Of a stretch of DNA of 64,000 nucleotides, positions 56,913 through 64,000 are shown piece after piece. Each line of letters begins with the position of its first letter. The stretch's first letter is position 1. The position numbers and the translations under genes are program-made. Location: the IMG/VR virus record IMGVR_UViG_3300030104_005963, one strand, 5' to 3'. Below the pieces are notes generated by a model. The model was given only the letters and a program-made list of their open reading frames with translations, had not been told where the DNA came from and did not search any database. This DNA is from a virus.

Positions 56913-57127
56913 GTCAATTTGATCCGGCAGAAATAGTGTTACAAAGCACTGCCAAAATGTTTGAATATGAAAAGTTATCACGTCAAATTGAAGAATGTGA
57001 TGATATTGATACACTTAGAGACATGGCAAGGTGCTGGATTAAATTGTATATGAAACAGCAAGAAACCATGAGAACTATTGGACTTGAAAAACAACCACTT
57101 CCTAAAAGAAAGGATGATGAAGGTTAA
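56909..57127 (+). CDS. Hypothetical protein
   Basis: The likely start is ATG 56909, overlapping the upstream stop, after AAAGGAG. Confidence 0.6.
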   Translation: MSQFDPAEIVLQSTAKMFEYEKLSRQIEECDDIDTLRDMARCWIKLYMKQQETMRTIGLEKQPLPKRKDDEG

Positions 57128-57129
57128 TT

Positions 57130-57306
57130 ATGTACGAGGAATTAGATTGTTTTGAAAGAGCACTACAACATTTTGGTACGAGAGTAGAGATTATAACTGC
57201 CTTAGAAATGGGTAAAAAAATGAAACCTGAAGAAGCATATCAGATGATTAAAGAAGAGATTAAAGAACTAAAAAAGTGTCGTAAAAAGTTTAAAAAAGAT
57301 GCCTGA
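57130..57306 (+). CDS. Hypothetical protein (not in ORF track)
   Basis: MYEELDCFERALQHFGTRVEIITALEMGKKMKPEEAYQMIKEEIKELKKCRKKFKKDA (58 aa). Confidence 0.65.
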   Translation: MYEELDCFERALQHFGTRVEIITALEMGKKMKPEEAYQMIKEEIKELKKCRKKFKKDA

Positions 57307-57460
57307 TGATTCTCTCAAAATTCATGAAAACGATGATGGTTCATTTAGTATGGAATGGGATCGAGAAGACCAGAAATGGAACTGGTTGAATGACTTGACA
57401 AGTGCCGAGATCGAGACTATGCTACAGGAAGCAATCAAAAACTATGGAGGAACTCAATGA
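57299..57460 (+). CDS. Hypothetical protein (not in ORF track)
   Basis: MPDDSLKIHENDDGSFSMEWDREDQKWNWLNDLTSAEIETMLQEAIKNYGGTQ (53 aa). Confidence 0.6.
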   Translation: MPDDSLKIHENDDGSFSMEWDREDQKWNWLNDLTSAEIETMLQEAIKNYGGTQ

Positions 57461-57771
57461 ACATGGATAAAATTGACTATAAAAATTATTCTCTTGAAAA
57501 ATTGAGTGAATTTATTTCAGACGCACTTCAAAGTGAGGCAACACCCACAGAAATTTACAGCACTATCACCACAACCCTAAAAAAAGAAGTTGAATATCAT
57601 GATGTTTGTAGAAGACAGGCACAGGATATTTTAGATCTGATGCAAGATAAAGGTGATAGTAATCTTGACTTAAATCAAGATTATGGACAAAGTTTTATCT
57701 CGGCGGCATTTAATGATACAATTTCATTAGAAAATGACGATAAAACTATCAAATTTCCTGCTCGATACTAA
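57457..57771 (+). CDS. Hypothetical protein
   Basis: 104-aa ORF with GGAGG Shine-Dalgarno. Confidence 0.6.
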   Translation: MNMDKIDYKNYSLEKLSEFISDALQSEATPTEIYSTITTTLKKEVEYHDVCRRQAQDILDLMQDKGDSNLDLNQDYGQSFISAAFNDTISLENDDKTIKFPARY

Positions 57772-57800
57772 TAAATATTACAACAAAAAAGTAAACTACA

Positions 57801-58028
57801 ATGGAAAGCGTAGAAAAGCATATTGAGGTTGATAAAAAGATCCTTGAAGATCCCACAACTTCACCACAACAACGTCGGCATATTGAAGGAGAACTTCATG
57901 AACTTGAAGTTTATGTAACTAATCACAAGAAAGAAATTGCGGATGGTGATCATCATGACCCCACTGCACTTGAACTATTTTGTGAAGTTATGCCAGAAGC
58001 AGATGAGTGTCGTATCTATGATGACTGA
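57801..58028 (+). CDS. cp12: CP12 Calvin-cycle inhibitor (auxiliary metabolic gene)
   Basis: C-terminal HDPTALELFCEVMPEADECRIYDD matches the CP12 C-x8-C-R-I-Y-D signature; 75 aa. Confidence 0.9.
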   Translation: MESVEKHIEVDKKILEDPTTSPQQRRHIEGELHELEVYVTNHKKEIADGDHHDPTALELFCEVMPEADECRIYDD

Positions 58029-58313
58029 ATGAATCTTCCAACATCATTCCCTCATGAACCTCCTACAGGTTATCATTACGAGGTTGAACAATTCAGACCT
58101 AATGTGGTTTCTATCTGGTTACGTCATCCCGATCATTTCAATTATACTAATGATCCTGTACGCACTATATGGGGTTTCTTTAATACAAAGAAAGGACTGT
58201 ATTATTCACCCATCAATCATAAAAAAGTCGGAGAAGAAGTTAATATCACTGATACCAGAAATTACACTTCAATGCAAATAAAATATCAAGGACTGGAAGG
58301 TTTCTTTGTGTGA
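58029..58313 (+). CDS. Hypothetical protein
   Basis: FPHEPPTGYHYEV...IWGFFNTK...YYSPIN. Confidence 0.65.
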   Translation: MNLPTSFPHEPPTGYHYEVEQFRPNVVSIWLRHPDHFNYTNDPVRTIWGFFNTKKGLYYSPINHKKVGEEVNITDTRNYTSMQIKYQGLEGFFV

Positions 58314-58390
58314 CGGTTATCGCACTGTCTACCACCTCTTGACGGGGTGGTTTTTTTATGCCATAATATATTCATATTCATCAGGCATCT

Positions 58391-59581
58391 GTGACCATCA
58401 CTCTCCGTCCGCATCAGCAACGTGGTATTGATCGTATGAGTGAGTATAACAAAGGTCAACTTATCTTTCCTACTGGAGCAGGCAAAACTCTCACGGCTAT
58501 CATGGATGCCAAGAGAGTATTTGAGACTGCAACATCTCACAAAACCATTGTGATTGTTGCTCCTCGTATTCTGCTTGCAGAGCAACTTTGCAGTGAGTTT
58601 CTGGAAGTTATTCAACGCAATGATGTGCATGTGATGCACGTTCATAGTGGTGAAACTTCTTTCTTTGGCACCACTAAGGTTGAGAAGATTCGGATGCACG
58701 ATTCTATTTGCAAGACTGCCGGTGAGCATCAACTTATCTTCACTACTTACAACTCTTTGGGTCGTATCGTAGATGCAGATGTTGAGGTCGATACAATCTA
58801 CTTTGATGAGGCACATAACAGTGTCAAACGCAACTTTTTCCCTGCCACCGAGCACTACAGTCAGGAAGCTAATCGTTGCTATTTCTTCACTGCCACTCGT
58901 AAGACTTCGGTCACTATTATGAAACCTGGCATGAATGATCATGCTGTTTATGGTGATGTGATCTGTCGTGTTTCTGCACCTGAACTGGTGGAGGGTGGAT
59001 ATATTCTTCCTCCTAAAGTAAAGGTGATTGATATGGAAAAGGTTGACCGTCATTCTATCACTCCTAATCTTGAGAGTGGTAATATTCTCACCACGATTGA
59101 TGACATCAACATCAAAAAGATTTTGGTCTGTGCAAAAACCACAAAACAACTGACTAACATTTTCCTGACTGATTTTGCCTATCAGTTGGAGAAACGTGGT
59201 TATTCTTATTTGTATATTACTGCCAAAACTGGTGCTGTTATCGATGGTAAGAAAGTATCCCGTGAGAAGTTCTTTGAGACTCTGAACGCTTGGGGTAAAG
59301 ATTCTGACAAAAAGTTTGTGGTTCTTCATCGTTCGATCCTATCCGAAGGTATCAACGTCAGTCAACTGGAAGCTGTTATTTTCATGCGTAACATGGATGT
59401 AATTGAAATGACTCAAACTGTGGGTCGTGTGCTTCGTAAAGGGGGTTCAGATAAGACTTATGGGTTCTGTGTCGTTCCCGTATATTCCAAGGTTGGTGTG
59501 AGCACTCAGAGGGGATTGCAGACGGTAATTGATACCGTTTTTGAGAAGGGTGAGATGCTTGATTCTGTCGTTCGTCGTTAA
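58391..59581 (+). CDS. SF2 DEAH-box helicase/ATPase (ResIII-like), copy 1
   Basis: LRPHQ Q-motif, PTGAGKT, DEAH, FTAT, LSEGINV and QTVGRVLR. Confidence 0.9.
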   Translation: MTITLRPHQQRGIDRMSEYNKGQLIFPTGAGKTLTAIMDAKRVFETATSHKTIVIVAPRILLAEQLCSEFLEVIQRNDVHVMHVHSGETSFFGTTKVEKIRMHDSICKTAGEHQLIFTTYNSLGRIVDADVEVDTIYFDEAHNSVKRNFFPATEHYSQEANRCYFFTATRKTSVTIMKPGMNDHAVYGDVICRVSAPELVEGGYILPPKVKVIDMEKVDRHSITPNLESGNILTTIDDINIKKILVCAKTTKQLTNIFLTDFAYQLEKRGYSYLYITAKTGAVIDGKKVSREKFFETLNAWGKDSDKKFVVLHRSILSEGINVSQLEAVIFMRNMDVIEMTQTVGRVLRKGGSDKTYGFCVVPVYSKVGVSTQRGLQTVIDTVFEKGEMLDSVVRR

Positions 59582-59662
59582 TGGACCAGTCTATGAACTG
59601 TCCACCAACCGTTGAAAGGGCACCAGGATGCCCTATAATACAGAGGTAATCAAGGGAGGGAC

Positions 59663-59857
59663 ATGCGGACCACCACTGCCACATACAACATTCGTGTTGA
59701 AACTTGTGACTTCAAAGTGATAGAGTTCCAACGCACATTGCCCACCAAACCAACAACACAGAAAGGTATTAAAGCACAGAATAACAAACTAGAACAATGG
59801 GTAATGAAAGAGTTACCCTACTGGACTAAAATTGACATCACACCCCTGTTTTCTTGA
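59663..59857 (+). CDS. Early hypothetical protein
   Basis: First ORF after the promoter element; GGGAGG Shine-Dalgarno. Confidence 0.65.
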   Translation: MRTTTATYNIRVETCDFKVIEFQRTLPTKPTTQKGIKAQNNKLEQWVMKELPYWTKIDITPLFS

Positions 59858-59862
59858 AACTA

Positions 59863-60030
59863 ATGATTACTTCAAAAGCACAAATGATCAGAGTAATGTC
59901 ACAATGTCAGGATGCTGATACTCTTACCCGTGAACAAAAGTTTCAAGTATTTGTTAGGGTATGCGACAATCTGCTTGAGGAAGGTAAAATTAGCAAAGTA
60001 AATCACAAACGTTGGACTGAAATCTGGTAA
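59863..60030 (+). CDS. Hypothetical protein (not in ORF track)
   Basis: MITSKAQMIRVMSQCQDADTLTREQKFQVFVRVCDNLLEEGKISKVNHKRWTEIW (55 aa). Confidence 0.6.
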   Translation: MITSKAQMIRVMSQCQDADTLTREQKFQVFVRVCDNLLEEGKISKVNHKRWTEIW

Positions 60031-60071
60031 ATCACTAAAGTTCATTCTTCAACCCTTTTTCTTTCTTCATC

Positions 60072-60503
60072 ATGGCAACCCGAGCACGAATTGGTCTTCA
60101 AGTTGGAAACTCCATCGTTTCTGTTTATCATCACTGGGATGGTTATCCTCAGTGGTTGGGTCGTATTTTGAACACACATTACACCACAAAGAGTCAAGTT
60201 ATTGACCTAATTGATGGTGGTGATATGTCTACTTGTTGGACAAAAGAACGTTGGACTGATAAGGAACTTGCTCCTTATGTAAAAGAAATTAAAGAATCTG
60301 AAGAATATGGTCCACAATACTATGCACAACGTGGTGAAGATTGCCCTCCTCGTTTAGATGAATCTATCACCGAGTTCATCAATAACAATGAAGAATATGG
60401 ATATATTTTCAAAGATGGTGAATGGTTCTGTTATGATACTAAGTCCTGGAGTGATACTTTTGCCCAGATTATAGATATTCCAGAAGGAGCTTTAGCAGTA
60501 TGA
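60072..60503 (+). CDS. Hypothetical protein
   Basis: MATRARIG...SVYHHWDGYPQWLG...EEYGYIF. Confidence 0.7.
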   Translation: MATRARIGLQVGNSIVSVYHHWDGYPQWLGRILNTHYTTKSQVIDLIDGGDMSTCWTKERWTDKELAPYVKEIKESEEYGPQYYAQRGEDCPPRLDESITEFINNNEEYGYIFKDGEWFCYDTKSWSDTFAQIIDIPEGALAV

Positions 60504-60685
60504 ATGACTTAGAAAAACTTTCTCATGATGAAAAAGAGGCACTGGCAGAAGATTGTGAGGACTTTCTTCTGCACCGACATATTCCGTTACACTCACATAG
60601 CTATGATAACATCATCCTTCAGGCAATTAGGGAGGGTTATCAAATAGATAAGTTTGATCGTTTCATTAACAAACCAGCAGCATAA
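60500..60685 (+). CDS. Hypothetical protein
   Basis: 61 aa; ATGA overlap with the upstream gene. Confidence 0.6.
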   Translation: MNDLEKLSHDEKEALAEDCEDFLLHRHIPLHSHSYDNIILQAIREGYQIDKFDRFINKPAA

Positions 60686-60872
60686 ACTGTATGTCCTATG
60701 GTCATTCATCCTGCTACAATTAACTTTTGTTGTTTTATTTTGATGACATTCATCATACTGAATGAACTTGGTAAAACACCACCACCAACGTGACACTACA
60801 ATAAGTGTCACACCGCATCCTGAAACCCCACCAGGATGCCCTATAATACATTTGTAATCAAGGGACGACCCC

Positions 60873-61325
60873 ATGACAACCACTTTCACAGACTACGTTG
60901 CTCAGCAGGATGCCCGGAATACTTTGCAACTTAAAGTGCGTGAGTATTGCCTGATGTTATGTGAGGCACTGGAGCAGGATTTTGTCAAAGATTCTCTCCG
61001 TCGTGCTGACTTTTTCCTGAGAACTGATCCTGAGTATCGTCAACAACGTATTGAAGATATTAAAGCAGGTAAAGATATGTACAAGTTCTACATTGAGACT
61101 GGTCGTAAATATTATAAAATAATCATGGAAACTGGTAATGGTTCACGTAGTGTTCATGCTTTCGTAAACATCAAGACTGGTGAATTACACAAGGCAGCAT
61201 CATTCAAGGCACCGGTAAAAGAACCACGTTTCGATATGCGTGTCATCAAAGAACGTGAATGGGTATTTGAAAACTGTGATTGGGCAGGTAGTTATCTCTA
61301 TAAGAACGCATACTATAATGGTTGA
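60873..61325 (+). CDS. Early hypothetical protein
   Basis: First ORF after the promoter element; GRKYYKI...SVHAFV...TGELHKAASFKAPVK...DWAGSYLY. Confidence 0.7.
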   Translation: MTTTFTDYVAQQDARNTLQLKVREYCLMLCEALEQDFVKDSLRRADFFLRTDPEYRQQRIEDIKAGKDMYKFYIETGRKYYKIIMETGNGSRSVHAFVNIKTGELHKAASFKAPVKEPRFDMRVIKEREWVFENCDWAGSYLYKNAYYNG

Positions 61326-61328
61326 GAT

Positions 61329-61478
61329 ATGATTGTAAATCTTACAAAAAATGAGATAAAGCATCTTGTCTACCTTCTAGGTAGGGGAGATGCTGATTAT
61401 CCTGAACTGAATGGTAATCTATTGAAAAAACTAGAACCATTGACTGACATCTGCACATGTAAAGAAAAGGAGAATTAA
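61329..61478 (+). CDS. Small hypothetical protein (not in ORF track)
   Basis: MIVNLTKNEIKHLVYLLGRGDADYPELNGNLLKKLEPLTDICTCKEKEN (49 aa). Confidence 0.45.
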   Translation: MIVNLTKNEIKHLVYLLGRGDADYPELNGNLLKKLEPLTDICTCKEKEN

Positions 61479-61532
61479 CTCAAAAACATTCAAATTAGTG
61501 TTATAATTAGTTCAGTCAATTCAGAGGTTACT

Positions 61533-61694
61533 ATGAATGATCAACGTCACTATCACACCGAAAATGAACGTCGTCAACTTGATGGTGTTGTCACTGATTC
61601 GGATAAAAATGGATGGAACGTATCTAAACTGAATCGAATGAAAACACGAGTGAACAACTTACCTGATGACTCTTTGATCGTTGATGACAACTAA
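61533..61694 (+). CDS. Small hypothetical protein (not in ORF track)
   Basis: MNDQRHYHTENERRQLDGVVTDSDKNGWNVSKLNRMKTRVNNLPDDSLIVDDN; AGAGGT Shine-Dalgarno. Confidence 0.55.
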   Translation: MNDQRHYHTENERRQLDGVVTDSDKNGWNVSKLNRMKTRVNNLPDDSLIVDDN

Positions 61695-61745
61695 AGAAAA
61701 ACTTGTATTCATTTCATCATTCATTTGGTTTCTTCATTGGGGCAC

Positions 61746-62222
61746 ATGTCTAGCATCTACACTTCTGGATACGGTTATTCTAAGAAACTCTGTGAGGATA
61801 TTACCTCTTGGTTTATGAATAAGTTCTATCCACGTCATAAGATTGATGTAGAAATTGTTCATCGTGGATTGAAACGTGATCAGGTTGTAGGTTATTGTGA
61901 CGTGATCGGTCGATCATACCGGCCACGTCACTTCCTAATTGAACTTCAGTCTCATATGTCTGAGGAATTGTATACAAAAACTCTTTTTCATGAACTGACG
62001 CATCTGGGACAGTGGGTAGATGGTTCTCTGCGGTTCCGGCATGGAAAAATGAGATATTGTCAAGAACCGGTCGAAAACTACGATTATGAGGACCAACCAC
62101 ATGAAATTGAAGCACGCAATGAAGAGATAAGACTATATGAGATGTACTTAAATGCCAAACAAGGTAGTCCAGTCGAACAAGTGGCACAGCACGGGTTTCA
62201 AAACCGTCTCTGTGCTGTATAA
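61746..62222 (+). CDS. Putative zinc metallopeptidase (HExxH)
   Basis: TLFHELTHLGQW with a downstream QPHEIEA; the likely start is ATG 61746. Confidence 0.7.
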   Translation: MSSIYTSGYGYSKKLCEDITSWFMNKFYPRHKIDVEIVHRGLKRDQVVGYCDVIGRSYRPRHFLIELQSHMSEELYTKTLFHELTHLGQWVDGSLRFRHGKMRYCQEPVENYDYEDQPHEIEARNEEIRLYEMYLNAKQGSPVEQVAQHGFQNRLCAV

Positions 62223-62245
62223 TATCTGTATTGATTCAAGAGGTT

Positions 62246-63649
62246 ATGGCATTTCAACTCCGTAGTTATCAGCAGACCATGCTCGATGCTATGCTGAGTA
62301 ATTCTAAGGGTTATTTGACCTGTGGTACAGGTGCTGGCAAGACTTTTACATTCATCAGTGATTGCCGTCGATTCTTGACACCTGGCAATGTGATTGTTGT
62401 TGTTGCTCCTCAGCATTTGCTGTCTAAACAACTCTTCAATGAGTTTGATTGTCATCTCTCAGATGTAGATTTTGTCTATCGTCAAGTTTCCTCTGATCCT
62501 GAGACTTGGAAGCGTAATCGTAAGAACCTCAAGTTTCGTGTAAAGGTACAACCACAGTCACCAACTACGTTTGTCGATGAGATTGAACAGACCTATTCTG
62601 TTGCACAGAAAGCACAGCAACCGCTGATTCTTTTCTCCACATACAAGAGTCTTCAGCGTGTTGTTTCTGCTAACATCCCTGTGACTGTTGTCTACTTCGA
62701 TGAGGCACATAATGCAGCAAATGTTGATAATTTCCCTCCTGTTGAGTCTATCGTCGAAGTAGCAGATCATTCTTATTTCTTTACTGCTACTCCTTGTTTT
62801 AGTGATTCACCAACTGGCAGAGGTTTCGGTAACACTGCCGTGTATGGTGAGCATATTGCTAATATCAAGTTTGGTGATCTTGTAGAGTATGGATCTATCG
62901 TTGAACCTGTGCTGCATCTTGCTCACAGCAACGCTGAGAAGAGGAATCTTGATGAGATTTCTGCTGACGTTGACACTCTGATGGAGATAGTTAACCACTA
63001 CGAAACAAAGTTTTGCGATACCGGAGCACATAAGATTCTGGTTTCATGTCGCGGCACTGCTAACATTCAGGGCATGCGCCTCGCTATGATTAAGTGGGCA
63101 AATAACAAGGGTTACGATCTTCTGTCTGTTGATAGTGTGAATGGTGGATATATGAATGAGATGCAGATCTCTACTCCTAATGCTAAAGGTAAGTTTCTTG
63201 GTAAACTTAATGAACTGGGCGAGGACTTGACTCAGAAGATGATTGTTCTCCACTACGATATGCTCGGTGAGGGTATCGATGTTAAGGCATTCACAGGTAC
63301 AATTTTCATCCGTAATATCATGTCTAGTATCAAAGCAGTGCAGGCAATGGGTCGTGTGATTCGTTCCTCTCCTGGCAAAAAGTATGGCATTGTAACAGTC
63401 GTTCAACATGGCGATGATAGTGACGATGCATGGCACTGTATGGCAGGAATCGTCAATCAATTGCTCACTCAAGGTGTGCCAGTTAGTGGTATCTTGACTG
63501 ACGTGACTGGTCGCGGTAAGGAAGAAGAAATTGTTGAAGATTTGAATGAAAATCTTCAACAACGTATCTTCGATTATAATATTGAATGGCAGCATTCTTT
63601 TATGATTAAGGAGCTCATGTCTACTGGAAATCCCCTGGACATTTTCTGA
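62246..63649 (+). CDS. SF2 DEAH-box helicase/ATPase (ResIII-like), copy 2
   Basis: LRSYQ, GTGAGKT, DEAH, FTAT, LGEGIDV and QAMGRVIR; ATG 62246 after an AAGAGG Shine-Dalgarno. Confidence 0.9.
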   Translation: MAFQLRSYQQTMLDAMLSNSKGYLTCGTGAGKTFTFISDCRRFLTPGNVIVVVAPQHLLSKQLFNEFDCHLSDVDFVYRQVSSDPETWKRNRKNLKFRVKVQPQSPTTFVDEIEQTYSVAQKAQQPLILFSTYKSLQRVVSANIPVTVVYFDEAHNAANVDNFPPVESIVEVADHSYFFTATPCFSDSPTGRGFGNTAVYGEHIANIKFGDLVEYGSIVEPVLHLAHSNAEKRNLDEISADVDTLMEIVNHYETKFCDTGAHKILVSCRGTANIQGMRLAMIKWANNKGYDLLSVDSVNGGYMNEMQISTPNAKGKFLGKLNELGEDLTQKMIVLHYDMLGEGIDVKAFTGTIFIRNIMSSIKAVQAMGRVIRSSPGKKYGIVTVVQHGDDSDDAWHCMAGIVNQLLTQGVPVSGILTDVTGRGKEEEIVEDLNENLQQRIFDYNIEWQHSFMIKELMSTGNPLDIF

Positions 63650-63735
63650 CCACTGTGCCAATTAACAAGTGTCACACCATCTCCTTTTAGGGGTGGTATA
63701 CTATGCTATAATTACAAAGTAATCAAGGAAAGCAA

Positions 63736-64000
63736 ATGACTGCAGCCCCAGTTGCCACCTATTTCCAAAAACGCGAGGCATTGCGTGAGTATTTCAATCA
63801 AGGTATGAGACCTGTTGATGGCAGGAAACCTATTCCCGAAGATATTGCACAGCAGATGGTGAGGGAACTTATCGATTTTGGTGTTTCGAGGGATGCAAAG
63901 ATTGGTGTCTATGATACTTTTTTGACACTGGTTCTCACACTTCAAGAGAACGGTTTCACTAACATTGTTGTATTGGAGAATAAGCATCATGATTTGACAT
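63736..64000 (+). CDS. Hypothetical protein, 3'-truncated (not in ORF track)
   Basis: MTAAPVATYFQKREALREYFNQGMRPVDGRKPIPEDIAQQMVRELIDFG... is open to the window end, behind the sixth promoter element. Confidence 0.65.
   Translation, partial: MTAAPVATYFQKREALREYFNQGMRPVDGRKPIPEDIAQQMVRELIDFGVSRDAKIGVYDTFLTLVLTLQENGFTNIVVLENKHHDLT

Larger units (their letters stand above)
56062..63730 (+). promoter_or_regulatory. Repeated phage early-promoter element, six copies
   Basis: Imperfect inverted repeat whose TG(T/G)C starts at 56078, 58326, 59599, 60806, 62182 and 63670, each 35-37 nt before a (T/C)ATAAT at 56113, 58362, 59634, 60842, 62218 and 63707. Confidence 0.85.

Noticed and set aside
58286-59329. 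347-aa minus-strand ORF
   Set aside because: It is an antisense shadow of the DEAH helicase, which has all the motifs, and has no recognisable features of its own.
444-63990. Numerous other minus-strand and off-frame ORFs in the track (for example 444-1061, 19502-20008, 48613-49302, 63044-63661)
   Set aside because: They lie wholly or largely opposite well-supported genes. Only 20365-22784 (four genes) is convincingly minus-strand coding.

Overview
This window is part of a T4-like (Kyanoviridae-type) marine cyanomyophage genome; the likely host is Synechococcus or Prochlorococcus. It has five blocks. 1-11.6 kb: tail-fibre and virion proteins (LamG, SPRY, ERLRITS repeats). 11.6-20.3 kb: the conserved glutaredoxin-thyX-phoH-exonuclease-gp33-gp59-gp32 block. 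20.4-36 kb: baseplate and tail genes. 36-55 kb: very large fibre and structural genes, interrupted by three tRNAs and followed by an alpha/beta hydrolase and two polyglycine paralogs. 56-64 kb: small early genes, including cp12 and two SF2 helicases, behind a repeated phage promoter element. The most striking locus is 13.47-13.99 kb, not fully shown by the ORF track. It comprises an NtcA-type box, a consensus sigma70 promoter, two interlocking glutamine-riboswitch-like aptamers (one enclosing a whole 55-codon ORF), a sequestered Shine-Dalgarno and a 54-aa DUF4278-like gene: a candidate phage nitrogen-sensing switch. All family assignments come from motif recognition by eye; no searches were run.
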